DNA from: a virus
DNA: 63,236 nt
IMG/VR virus record: IMGVR_UViG_3300045988_160579
Strand: one strand, 5' to 3'
Both the position numbers and the translations under genes were made by a program. The notes under the pieces are model-generated. The model had not been told where the DNA came from, did not search any database, and worked only from the letters and a program-made list of their open reading frames with translations. Of this stretch, positions 16,701 through 25,900 are shown one piece after another (within the stretch, counting starts at the first letter, position 1; every line of letters begins with the position of its first letter).

Positions 16701-16945
16701 TCTCCATCCGATAAATCTTTTGCAATCTTATTGACATTCTCCACTAATGCATCAAAATCACCATTCACCATTTTAGCAATGGTACTTGAAAGTAAATCAA
16801 TAGATATTTTCCGACCGCCACTAACTTCAACGTACATATCTTTGGATAGCTCTGTTGTATCAGTCAGTTGCTCTATTGTAAGACTGTTTGTCTTCAACGC
16901 TTGTAACACAAGGCTAATAATCTGTTGTTTTTCTGTTTCTGTCAT
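10772..16945 (-). CDS. giant tail fibre / host-specificity protein (2057 aa, multi-domain)
   Basis: Uninterrupted 6.2-kb ORF after the baseplate-like genes. Possible LamG-like segment (MKLFLNGEEVACLGY), CotH-like segment (RNQGTTSAKRPVKNKRYYL) and C-terminal leucine-rich repeats (LVSLDIRNTQIATL...ASGSKLENITL). Confidence 0.7.
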   Translation of the reverse strand: MTETEKQQIISLVLQALKTNSLTIEQLTDTTELSKDMYVEVSGGRKISIDLLSSTIAKMVNGDFDALVENVNKIAKDLSDGDAELLKRITGVSDKSNPLTDPFKSIGSFTTIGSFKDKLKTMYSGDSSIGNYRCILSVDSSKIPVNIQIERLELNKVCQSFTSCIQLATMSDNAEGVYLGTVCTISRIGIVSNESVTWGKWTSVINDFEERIGKANGIAPLNEESKVPSECLPEPLSLGESEDEAFPGDRGKALEDAMTNIPSDIIKPDSFSVLSDASYLNVSFKKVSKTTGKETDDSFRLPSATLEQAGLLSAEDKQALEDMKSGTPADDVTHPIVIVDEIRPLKDGYYTLETAIAAIVSYQQESGVKYERTGLIITYKTGEYEMETRQFQGAVSDFATPSLWKPFGNGGGSSVFETSDEPAEGGKDAFSTGGAYAYVPANLDVNVETEGIVKLQMKNAAGETLGDEVQFAIGTGGGGQTGGTIVAIAFQSTPVYGSYGSTLRTFAAIRSVTSNGVESSDNLIEKLELVDRESGLTVWTETVNKASSGDMKDFSFELDFTTYFTAAGTRKFKLIATDESGNTGSKNVNVTAVDITCTCVQVLNYTPETLLTPTTESFSLPLYKFGNNTSDKGISAQVDIKINGEWQSLSTTVVNDNYSHSVVIRPASLGLEHGTYPLRIQGTDVASGVKGNVIYTAVMVIDPNSSTPLVALRYDDKNGGVVRLYETVELDVACYDPLEMTSPVSVKANNVQVTQIAASRNKTYQVKQQLQGYKADGTDTVNYTAVCKDVTSEPVRVTVSGSAIDAAIKEGAIYNFDFSSRTNQETDHSIVSGNYEMKVDGANWTTNGFGTFLGENCLRVAENVGVSLNHAPFAGSSIESNGAAIQFAFASKNVTDDDALLLSCYDETSGAGFYVTGRVVGIFCNNGVSRREERAYRQGEKITVAVVVEPASNYVERDGTRYSMMKLFLNGEEVACLGYVPGGGSLIQTKYITMDGKLGDLYLYYMMAWNSYMEWAQAFKNYLVRLTDTEVMVKEYAFEDILKSQTAEGSTQSRPSAAEIYSRGMPYIVECPYEGSDIEALDGTTSTSTKIYITLYYFDPEHPWRNFKAVSVQTRNQGTTSAKRPVKNKRYYLAKSKGKNKDTRIILLNPDDTTEEGRRAIALAAINKVQVGDNTIPVDVITVKVDYSDSGNANDCGACEMMNVTYRALGGNYMTPVQRAFDGTFDSGDLHIEDLQMNHSTANHPVATYRCKDDSLQNVYFHAKGNWKEDKGEQFALGFKDTPGYNKGCLNYGDFIEFFGTPDETLDAIEIRFKQTDGLDTDSVYLLSLYCGSSYRIMRYQDSSWKKQSGSMKYENGKWNVTGDVLNPVEGFELLNYQGMDWFQGVGSVQDMMAMKTDKSSWVQKLVDNGTISADTFPAWTYYFESLVDDDQLAIDYALGKKVPYNLYRWLRFCDSCDYSKGGNWQRTWKENLYKFACPESVLSYDIFTDYLAATDQRAKNMQPMWFLEEYASVTDGVYSSEDAMRMYLNKIYDCDTLNSKDNDGGCTVDAEVDPNRTSDETFTNPYAGYGSVLFNNIYLQQVVWTDSSGTELSLRTVAAAMRNVQATIDGVTLHPFSPEGATHFFIDKRLKKWQKLVSSYDGERKYISYTATSDAIYFYALQGLGLTALPSFIERRWRIRDGYFQTGDFFSGVISGRVSSKSNATIRIVAAKNGYFGVGNDASGNLSESCFLEAGEEYVFTNFSHEEGALLYIYQADRMKLLDLSEISLASTVSFSAMQLVETLILGSDTHTEQSIGSYAPLTSLNCGEMPFLVSLDIRNTQIATLVTDKCPRIAHINASGSKLENITLAETSPINDISLPPTMTSLRFVGLPELTYTGLSAPSGLQIESMPNVQRLRLETSPKLDAIQMLRDVLASQTASRKLSMLRISNMTLKADGSELLAILEYGVAGMDEDGNRQDKPVVNGTYELTVIRETDEIESLESGIDGLVILTVIDAYIDLINWFNNESYGGEPYYDNVTLDNINEVLEYYNGETYEEYLERFAEDNMDINDLINK

Positions 16946-16956
16946 AATTCTCTTTT

Positions 16957-18270
16957 TTAATCATTTTCATATACCCATACAAGCTCAATGGTCATACCAA
17001 GATTATCTATGTCGCAATCATAGACATTATCAAGATAAAGTTGGAACTCCTTCAGAGCACCAATATCTCCACCGTTAATACCTTTCAAGACACATACACC
17101 ATCCCTACTGATTACACTCCCTTCAATGAGGTTAGTATACGAATCTCCTTTATATAGTACAGCACGCAAATTTATCGAACCGTTGTCCAAATCGTTCTTT
17201 AGTCTATCCAGTCCATTAACTGTAAGTTTACCGTAACCTCTTCTACCAATATACTTGTTATCTATGTCAGTCGTCTTGATTGCAATCAAATCCCAATATG
17301 AATTTTTATCAACACCTGGGTGATGAATACTGTTGACAGTAACCATAGTATCACTATTAATAGAAACTCCAGTATTAGGAATAGCCTTAGTCATATTGAT
17401 ATATGCTCCGACCTCTGCAACCCCACTTTCTGAACCATACTTGATACTACGCATTCCTTCATCATCTGCTATCCTATAAGCACCGCTTTGTACACACCTC
17501 ATAGCAAGCTGGTTATTCCATTCCAAAACTGGATTCATCGTTCTTACCTTCTGTAACATTTGATTGAACACAAAACTCTTCAATCCCTCTATTTGCTGGT
17601 TAAGTTCCGGAACATTACTTTCCTTTCTGGTATATCGAACACCATCAAAGTAGACGTAATTACAGCATAAGACACGATTCAATAATTCAGCAAACCACAC
17701 AGGGCATCCCATCCCATTTCCAAGCGTGAATAATACTGTTGTATATTCGTGGCTGAATAGCTCAACAATATCCTCATCAGAGGTCACGAACTGCTCATTA
17801 TCCACACCGAACGTCCATCCGTTATCTTTGAAACCACCAGGAACGCGAAAATCAAAAAAGTATTGCATCCCATCTATCCACCAGACAGCATCAAGACGCT
17901 GCTTATTATCTTTCATTGAATACTGAATAAGGCTGGTTTCTGATAACTCACATTCATCGTCCGTAACTTTAAAAATCTCACTCGTATTCCCATTAACTGT
18001 TACAGTATAGTATCCACATGGAAGCAATGAAATGTTATAGAAATAAAGAATCTTATCATCATTCATCTTCCATGAGCTTAATGATACAGGTGTAGATATA
18101 TTACTTAAAAGATTATTAATGTAAACTATAGGCTCCTGCTCTTTGGCTGTCAAAATCAATTCAACAAAAATCCTGTCTGTACGTGCGAATAATTGCACAT
18201 ATTTACTCTTCGCTCCAAATTTATCGGTAGACGGAGAAAAAAACAGTGGGGTAAACGGGCTTATAATCAT
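16957..18270 (-). CDS. tail/baseplate structural protein (assigned by position)
   Basis: 437 aa. Lies between the 663-aa protein and the fibre gene, with short gaps. Confidence 0.45.
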   Translation of the reverse strand: MIISPFTPLFFSPSTDKFGAKSKYVQLFARTDRIFVELILTAKEQEPIVYINNLLSNISTPVSLSSWKMNDDKILYFYNISLLPCGYYTVTVNGNTSEIFKVTDDECELSETSLIQYSMKDNKQRLDAVWWIDGMQYFFDFRVPGGFKDNGWTFGVDNEQFVTSDEDIVELFSHEYTTVLFTLGNGMGCPVWFAELLNRVLCCNYVYFDGVRYTRKESNVPELNQQIEGLKSFVFNQMLQKVRTMNPVLEWNNQLAMRCVQSGAYRIADDEGMRSIKYGSESGVAEVGAYINMTKAIPNTGVSINSDTMVTVNSIHHPGVDKNSYWDLIAIKTTDIDNKYIGRRGYGKLTVNGLDRLKNDLDNGSINLRAVLYKGDSYTNLIEGSVISRDGVCVLKGINGGDIGALKEFQLYLDNVYDCDIDNLGMTIELVWVYEND

Positions 18271-18274
18271 ATTT

Positions 18275-20266
18275 CTAGGCTTTTGTTATTGAACGGACAA
18301 ATAAATCATACTTCACTCCCTCGTTTCTCTCAACTGTACTACTCACCTCTTTGATGTAGCCCTCGTAAACTAGATCATCTTTTAAGATTTTAATCGTTTC
18401 ATCATCTGTTGGTGGAATATCTTCATTATAAGTTGTGAATGAAACATCTCCACAAGTTATAATACCACTTTCAACGTTAAAATCATCTTTCATTCCTATA
18501 CCATTGACAACAACATCACTATTACCGTCAGAAGAAGAATAAGATAGTTTTTTAGTGAACATACCAATATAGCCGGCATTTGCTTGCAATATGCCTCCTT
18601 GCCAATACATGGTATTAAACATCGTTTCAGGATCAAGTACACCACTTATTTCCCAACCGCTCCTTATAAGCCTATACTCTTTATATGTTTGTACTCCGCC
18701 ATTATCATGTAATGTAGTACTGGCACAAACAAAAAACACATCATTGTCACTTTCACTATCCGTTGTATCTTGGCCTCTCTTTTGCGATAAGAATTCAATT
18801 CCATAAACATCAGCACGGTAAGGGCTAATCAACTCTAATACATTATCAGTTATATCAATGCCAGTAGTATATTCAGTAGTAAATCGGAATTCGTCACGAC
18901 CATTCATACTTTCATAGTCCTGTTTATCATATCCTACCCTAACCAAAGAATATATTCTTGATGAATCAACCTTATACTCAAAACTAGAAAAGCTGCTATT
19001 TAAATCCTTTACATTGTTATCACTAAACAATTTGTCCCGGTGTTTAAAAAAAACAGTGACACCATTGATCACAGGCACAAAGCCAAAAACTGTTTCCATC
19101 CAGTTTTTAAACTTTGTATAAGAAGTATATAGCTTAGCTTGGGGGATTCCACGGATACTTTCAGCAGCTAATATCACGCAATTATCTAACCTTTCATCAA
19201 CACCTGAAGCTATTTCACCATAGATACCTTCATTTCCACCATTCATGCTTTTAAGCAATCGGTTTAATACATCAATAGGTCTTATTGCATCCACATAGAT
19301 AGGGTTAGCTCGAGAAGTAAAGCGTGTCTCAAATTTGAAATTACGAAAATAAATATTGCCAGTAGAAGCATTAACTCTGTTAAATGTTACCATCAAATCA
19401 AAAAATAAAGCCTGCCCTTTAGTCAGATGAATCTTGATGGATTCATTCAGATTACTTGGGGTAACATCCCCCTTATTATACCCCCATCTTTTCAACTCGA
19501 CTAAACGACCATCTTCGTAACGCCCGCCTAGAACTATTTCAGCTTTAGTTGTATACGCATCACTATAACTGATATAGTATTCAAAACTAAAATTCAATAC
19601 TATATCAATGTCGGACAAGGCTTTAACAAATACATTTGGATCATCTTTCGATTCCTGTGGTACATCATAAAACTCAAGAGGTGAATCCCGTGACGGAAGT
19701 TCACCACCAGAAATATATAAGGGAAGCGAATATGTTATAGCTTCTACATATATTCCTTTGTCAATTACAATATATTGCAAAGAAGCATCATTTTCTACAA
19801 TATTACCACCTAATGTATGCGGTTGACTATAATTCATACTTACAGAATCATAATAAAGCTGATATACATCTTTTATCTCATCTACCGAATATTCGTACTG
19901 CGTTCCCTTGTTAGCCTTTATGATATTAGCGACACTATCATCTATCGAATTAATAGAAACAGTATTTCCATCATAGGTCAATGAACCGAAATCCAATCGG
20001 CAACTGAAGAATTCTTCATAAGTATGAGAATTAGTTATAGTATAAACAGTGATACTAGCATTAGAAGCCAGGTATTTGCTCAAATACTCCTCCAATATGA
20101 GATCATAGGCTTCTCCCACAAACTGGAATTTTGAAGTAAAGGTTCTAGTTATTCCTTCAAGTCCGGAGCGTTTACGGGAAAACTTTATTTCATCCCAATT
20201 CTGAATACAAGATTTGGGAATATCATAGGAAATACTATCAACGGTAAGTACATATTTACAAAGCAT
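18275..20266 (-). CDS. tail/baseplate structural protein (assigned by position)
   Basis: 663 aa. First gene of the distal-tail block. TATATTTG box ~30 nt upstream. Confidence 0.45.
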   Translation of the reverse strand: MLCKYVLTVDSISYDIPKSCIQNWDEIKFSRKRSGLEGITRTFTSKFQFVGEAYDLILEEYLSKYLASNASITVYTITNSHTYEEFFSCRLDFGSLTYDGNTVSINSIDDSVANIIKANKGTQYEYSVDEIKDVYQLYYDSVSMNYSQPHTLGGNIVENDASLQYIVIDKGIYVEAITYSLPLYISGGELPSRDSPLEFYDVPQESKDDPNVFVKALSDIDIVLNFSFEYYISYSDAYTTKAEIVLGGRYEDGRLVELKRWGYNKGDVTPSNLNESIKIHLTKGQALFFDLMVTFNRVNASTGNIYFRNFKFETRFTSRANPIYVDAIRPIDVLNRLLKSMNGGNEGIYGEIASGVDERLDNCVILAAESIRGIPQAKLYTSYTKFKNWMETVFGFVPVINGVTVFFKHRDKLFSDNNVKDLNSSFSSFEYKVDSSRIYSLVRVGYDKQDYESMNGRDEFRFTTEYTTGIDITDNVLELISPYRADVYGIEFLSQKRGQDTTDSESDNDVFFVCASTTLHDNGGVQTYKEYRLIRSGWEISGVLDPETMFNTMYWQGGILQANAGYIGMFTKKLSYSSSDGNSDVVVNGIGMKDDFNVESGIITCGDVSFTTYNEDIPPTDDETIKILKDDLVYEGYIKEVSSTVERNEGVKYDLFVRSITKA

Positions 20267-20302
20267 TTTAACTCCTTTTGAACGTTCATGAGCAAATATA
20301 TA

Positions 20303-20331
20303 GAAAAAGCCAACCGGTTTTCCGATTGGCT
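20303..20331 (-). terminator. minus-strand terminator just upstream of the distal-tail block
   Basis: agccaaccgg (20308-20317) pairs with ccgattggct (20322-20331), one mismatch, loop tttt. The T-run on the minus strand is plus-strand aaaaa at 20304-20308. Confidence 0.5.
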
Positions 20332-20553
20332 AAATTCTTGAAACTCCCCCCTTATCAAATCATCATATAATCATCTATTTATCAAAGGAATACATTATAA
20401 GAGAAGAAATTCTCATTTTAAAACTCCCTATATATAGTTATTTACTTTCAAAAGAAATATCGCCATTCGCATCACAGCTTCCTTTTTATACCGATATCTA
20501 TATTAAAAAATTATCATAGCTTTCAAAAGTGAGAATATTTCATATTAGCATTC

Positions 20554-20582
20554 TTGTTTTCAATTTAATATTTATATCTTTG
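20554..20582 (+). promoter_or_regulatory. Bacteroides-type promoter of the deaminase moron
   Basis: TTG (20554-20556), N18, TATCTTTG (20575-20582), 25 nt before ATG 20607. Confidence 0.5.
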
Positions 20583-20606
20583 AAAAAAACAAATACAATA
20601 ATCAAA

Positions 20607-21410
20607 ATGGAACAGAAATTATCAAATGTCGATTTAATGAAGATTGCAATAGAAGAACAATCAAAATGTACTTCATTTCCTAAAGTTGGAGCTGTAATAG
20701 CAAAAGACGGAATCATATTGGCAAAAGCTTTTAAGGGTGAAGAGTCCTCAAAACATGCTGAAAGAATAGCGATAGAGAAACTTGATAAATCTACTCTTAA
20801 TGGAGCAACTTTAGTGACAACTCTAGAACCGTGCATAAATATAGCAAATAATCAGCCACTGCAATCCTGCACAGATTTAATCATAGAGAGTGGTATCAAA
20901 GATGTAATTATAGGAATATTAGACCCCAATGGGGCAATTTATTGCCAAGGTTATGAAAAACTACTTGAAAATAATATTAATGTTAGCTTTTTCACACCTA
21001 AACTAAGGAATAAAATTGAATCATCGACTTTTATTTATGGTGACTGTAATATTGGATATGGATCAGGTATAAGACGAGTAGCGGTAATTGGCAGTGGTAA
21101 AAATTTTGAAATAAAATTTTCTGAAAAAGATAATCGTTCCATCAAATTCAGATGGTGTACATTGCAATATGTACATGGGATCGTAGATTTAATGGGACCA
21201 AATGAATCAATTCGCAGTGCTAAAGGAGCCCAAAAATTTGAAGATATTACAGACCCTTTTGTGTTTAGAGAGCCTTCTCATTTTGCCAGAATGAAAGTTG
21301 GAGATATTGCAATTATTTCTCCAACGGATAGTACCTTTGTTATATTAATAAAGTTATTAGAGATGACTGAAACTGATATAACTTTTCAATGGCAAGTTAG
21401 AAACAGATAA
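20607..21410 (+). CDS. cytidine/deoxycytidylate (RibD-like) deaminase domain fused to an unknown C-terminal domain
   Basis: The track ORF starts at GTG 20529; likely start is ATG 20607 (MEQKLSN). Zinc motifs SKHAERIAI and TLEPC...C, then GIKDVIIGILDPNG. The C-terminal ~140 aa are unassigned. Confidence 0.7.
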   Translation: MEQKLSNVDLMKIAIEEQSKCTSFPKVGAVIAKDGIILAKAFKGEESSKHAERIAIEKLDKSTLNGATLVTTLEPCINIANNQPLQSCTDLIIESGIKDVIIGILDPNGAIYCQGYEKLLENNINVSFFTPKLRNKIESSTFIYGDCNIGYGSGIRRVAVIGSGKNFEIKFSEKDNRSIKFRWCTLQYVHGIVDLMGPNESIRSAKGAQKFEDITDPFVFREPSHFARMKVGDIAIISPTDSTFVILIKLLEMTETDITFQWQVRNR

Positions 21411-21422
21411 TAATTTAATAAA

Positions 21423-21473
21423 TTACTGACAATCGGAAAAAATTATATAATATTTCTTTTCGATTGCCAGTAA
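21423..21473. terminator. long inverted repeat between convergent genes
   Basis: ttactgacaatcg (21423-21435) pairs with cgattgccagtaa (21461-21473), 12 of 13 positions. Confidence 0.45.
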
Positions 21474-21494
21474 TCACTACAATAACATATAAAA

Positions 21495-21968
21495 TTAATA
21501 TTTAAGTTCTTGACATAATTGTTTTCGTCCAGAAGAAATACGACTTCTTACAGTTCCGACAGGAATGTTCAGGATTTCACTTATCTCATCATAAGAATAC
21601 CCACTAGCATAATATATCACACTATCAATACAACGGGATTTTTTAGCACACCGTTGTATTGTGGAAACCAAATCATCAAACAGTATTGAATGAGCTGTAC
21701 AGTTAGAAATGGCACTTCCGTCTACCATATCAAGCCCTGTAAAATGTATAAGGGAATTTCTATTGTATCTTATTATATAAGTATTCCTCATTATAATAAG
21801 GCACCACGGTTGAAGTGGTTTAGAACAATCAAATTTATCACGATTCACAAGTAGCTTATAAACTGTATCACCGGCTAAGTCTTCAGCATCTTGCATGGAA
21901 CAGCAGAATTTTCTTGCCACCTTTAATATCCAAGGATATATTTCTGATAATTCCTTTTCAAAGTCCAT
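21495..21968 (-). CDS. sigma-70 family (ECF-like) RNA polymerase sigma factor
   Basis: 157 aa. Region 2-like DAEDLAGDTVYKLL and a classic region 4.2, YSYDEISEILNIPVGTVRSRISSGRKQL. Confidence 0.75.
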   Translation of the reverse strand: MDFEKELSEIYPWILKVARKFCCSMQDAEDLAGDTVYKLLVNRDKFDCSKPLQPWCLIIMRNTYIIRYNRNSLIHFTGLDMVDGSAISNCTAHSILFDDLVSTIQRCAKKSRCIDSVIYYASGYSYDEISEILNIPVGTVRSRISSGRKQLCQELKY

Positions 21969-22281
21969 TGTCAGCCCTCCTTATTAGGTGTATCTTCGGT
22001 TCGCCATTAATGCACCTTTCCACATATTTCCGGTGCATGATACTTTGTTCGTGCATTTCCTTAGCAGAACGCTCGATTGAACTAATAAGAGTGCCTATAT
22101 CGGGGGGCAATAAGGCAATCATTTTTTTTACCTCGGACACTTCTGCTGTTATCCGATTACACTTCGTCTCTAATGTACGTAATTCTGACAATAAAACATT
22201 GTATAAATGCCTATTTATACAATGGATGCTGTTTTTTCTATTCATAAAAAAGTCGTTTGTGATTCTAAAGGAGATGTACAA
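21958..22281 (-). CDS. hypothetical protein upstream of the sigma factor, overlapping it
   Basis: 107 aa. 11-nt overlap with the sigma gene start. Confidence 0.45.
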   Translation of the reverse strand: MYISFRITNDFFMNRKNSIHCINRHLYNVLLSELRTLETKCNRITAEVSEVKKMIALLPPDIGTLISSIERSAKEMHEQSIMHRKYVERCINGEPKIHLIRRADNGL

Positions 22282-22352
22282 ACGACTGTATGAAATAATT
22301 CGCTTTAATTAAAAATTAATCGAATTACAGCATATATGTAGTACCAATATTA

Positions 22353-22934
22353 TCATGTGCTTCTTTTTCTGATCGATATTTCAACATCAGCTTGATGAAC
22401 GATATTCGCATAAACAGCAGCATTAATTACGCGGGAATCAATACTCATTTTAAAGAATGTCATTAGAAAAGCAATCTCTGCATCAAAAGAAGAACGAATT
22501 TGTTCAGGAGTAGCCTTACTTCCTTTATGTTCCTCACTGCGTCTCTCCTCATTCCGTTTTTGCTCAAAAATTGCAGAATGAAGTAAATAATCAAGCTTCG
22601 ATATAACTTGCTCATCACTCATATTTCGGGTATCTACATTTAGTTGACCCAATACCTGACGAACATCATCATAAAAGCCAAGAGAAACAAGAGCCTGACA
22701 AATATGAAGACTCAATAGTTTGGCACGTTCTTTCAGCATATCCTCTTTGTCCATTACCATAGCCTTCATATTTGAAGGGTTAACAATACTTCTGTATTCG
22801 ACAAGTAATTTAGACGCTATTTCTTTAAGCGTGCTTTCGGACATAGATTTGCAGTCCGAAAGCAAACAAGCATAGTTTCCGCATGAAAGTTCAATGAAAT
22901 CACTCAATGTTATCTGATTTAATCTTTCAATCAT
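22353..22934 (-). CDS. hypothetical protein following the tape measure gene
   Basis: 193 aa, helical. 2-nt gap after the tape measure stop. Confidence 0.5.
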   Translation of the reverse strand: MIERLNQITLSDFIELSCGNYACLLSDCKSMSESTLKEIASKLLVEYRSIVNPSNMKAMVMDKEDMLKERAKLLSLHICQALVSLGFYDDVRQVLGQLNVDTRNMSDEQVISKLDYLLHSAIFEQKRNEERRSEEHKGSKATPEQIRSSFDAEIAFLMTFFKMSIDSRVINAAVYANIVHQADVEISIRKRST

Positions 22935-22936
22935 AG

Positions 22937-25900
22937 TTATTTCAGTTTAGATAACTTATACAGTTCAAATTCACGGTTAGAAGCATCTTGGCGTTGCATT
23001 TTTAGACTCTTCATCAAAAGGAAATTTGTTCTATCAACCCTTTTTTCTAATCGGGAATAATCATTGAAAACAATGGTGTCACCGGAAGAAGATGCAAAAT
23101 ATGTCGGTGAAAATGTGGGAAAGTCCCAATCCGGTATATCAAAATTAGAGATATCTACCTTATCAACATCAGGAAAGACTTGCGCACCTTTAGGAATATC
23201 AACTAAAGTTGGAGTATCAGGAGTAATCCATGCTTTTCCAGAATACATGATAACTTCATGTTTACCGGCATCACCAACTAAAGCGGCACCGCCGGGATGC
23301 CTATCATTACCTTGAGTACCGTCTGCATAGGAAGGAATAGGAGTTGCAAGAATAGTTGCAACCTGAATTGCTCCCATGGCACCAATAACAATAGATAAAG
23401 GAATATTCGGTAAAGCTTCAGTTATTGCCAGTGCAGTGGCTATTCCAGCTTGAGCGACACTAGTCGCCTTTTCCCAAATGGCTTGTTTACGTGCCATTTC
23501 TTGTTTTTGTTTTTCAAGTTCAGCATTCTTAGCTTCAGTTCTTTCCTTGGCCGCACGCTTACGAGCTTCTGCTTCTTCTTCGGAGATTGCTCCCGAATCA
23601 GCTAGATTCTGTATTCGTTCTACATCCTTATCATATTTCTCATCATTAGCTTCCTGCTCTTCTTCTATTTTCTGAATCTGACCATCATAAATAGTAGAGA
23701 CTAGATCACCAATAGCACCCACTGCTTGAGATGCAGTTTGAAGCCATTTTTTCAGATTCCTCTGACGTTCTTTCTGTGCTTTCTCATCCGCTTTAGTAAC
23801 TTTATTGATAGCATCTATTTCCGCTTCTGCTTCTTGCTGGGAAAGGTCCGCTTTCAATTTCCGTAACTGCTCTGCAATCTTTGCCCTATCCTCTGCACTC
23901 AAATTTTCGTTTCGAAGTTCCAACTCCAACGCATCAATTGCAGCTTCGGTTGTTTTACGTACATAATCTAATTTTAACTGATACTCAAGTTCTGCATACT
24001 CTTGCTGGGTTATTTCCTTAGAAGCTAACTGTTTTTTAAGAGCAAGCGTATCCATAACATATGCAGCATCCCGGATTTCCTGCTCATGCGCTGCATTCTC
24101 TGCTATTAATTGCACCTGATCGGATGCATGTCTTTCGTAAAGTTCTTGTTTCTTTTTTGCATATTTGTCGTCAATGAGAAAAACATCTTCACCTGTTTTC
24201 TCTGCTGCATCAATTTCTGCTTCACGTTGCAATTCCAACTGGTGCAATTTCAAATCAAGTTCTTCCTGGGACCCCTTTTTTACAACAGCAAGAGCGTTCT
24301 CAACATCCTTCTTCTCACGATCAGAATTATACTTAATAGTAAACTCATCTAGCTTTTCCTGCATTTCCTTAGCTAAATTCTGACGTGTAGCAATTTCCTC
24401 TTTGCTATTACCCTTGACGGCAGCAATCTTCTTCGAGTAAGCAACACCAATTTTAGCAAGTTCTTTCTCCAGTCCCTCATCCATAAGAGCTAGTTCTGAC
24501 TCCTGATAAGTTTCATGAATTTTCAGCTTCTCTTTGAGAGCTTTTTCCTGTTCACGTTTTTCTTTATCAGTAAGTACCTTTACTGAATTCCCCTTTGTAC
24601 CACCATTCTCTTTCAAATCAATGGTATCAAGTTGTTCAATAAGAGATTCTGTTATTGATGAAATAGCCTTCTTACCTGCAGCAGCTTTAGTTGCAACATC
24701 GATCTCATCTTTAATGACATTATTTGTGCGTCTCCATGAGGTCAGAATTGTAAAGAATCCCCTGTCTTTCAATTCTCCTTCCAATTTCTTACGATTATCT
24801 ATAGCTAATTGATAATCACTATTTTCATATTCCAAACGAGACTTCAATGTTTCAATATAATCTTCTTTAGCCTTTTTGGCCGCCTCATCAGCAGACATTC
24901 CTGAATTTATATATTCTTTATACAACCTCTGCATATTTCTAGCATTCTTCTCCAAAATATCAGATTTCATCATCTCTTTCTGTGCAAAGGCAACAGCCTT
25001 ATTGTCTGCTTCATCTTGTAATTCAGAATACCCCTTCAGCTGTGTAGCAACATTCCTCAACCCTCTTGCCAGAAAATCCAGGACATCCTTCATTATACCC
25101 TTGGAATCATAGAAGGATAACATAAATGCTTCCCACGCAGAAGAAAGTCCCGCAATAGAACCTTTAACATTGTTACTCATGGTATCTGCCATATCTGTTA
25201 GTTCTTTATCCACGCCTGTAATTTGGTCCCTCAATGGAACAATTTTATCAGAAGCTGTAAGAAAAGCATTGAAAGCGGCGACACTCCGTTTATCTGTTAA
25301 TTCTAAAGTTGTATTTAAATCTACACCTTGTTCTTTCAGTTTCTTTAAGCCAACAACCAACTCAGGCAATGTTTTTACAGGTTCTCCAAGTGCTTTAGCT
25401 AATTTGCCATTGCCATCAGCCAAATTCAACAAAATATTACGAGTGGCTGTTGCAGACATTGAAGCATCAAAACCTGCATCTGCAAGCTTTCCTAACAATG
25501 CCAAAGTATCTTCTATTTGGAAATTGAATGCCTTTGCAACCGGACCAACAATAGGCAAGGCAGTAGCTAGGTAAGAAAAAGATAAGGCACTCTTTGATGT
25601 AGCAACAGCCATAGCAGATACATAACGTTCTGTTTCTTTAGTGCTAGCATTAAACATTCTCAATGCAGCACCAGACAATGCGGCTGCATCCGAAAGTTCA
25701 GCTCCAGTTGCTTGTGCGAATCGTAAGATGGCACCTGTCGAATCTAATATTTCACGACGTGTAAAACCTAATTTGGCTAATTCTATCTGTAGTTCAGTAG
25801 CTTGTGCAGCTGTATATTTCGTTGTTGCTCCTAATTGACGCGCATCAGTGGTTAATTCTTTAATATTGTCAGCCGTCGTACCTAAAATCGCTGCAAGTTT

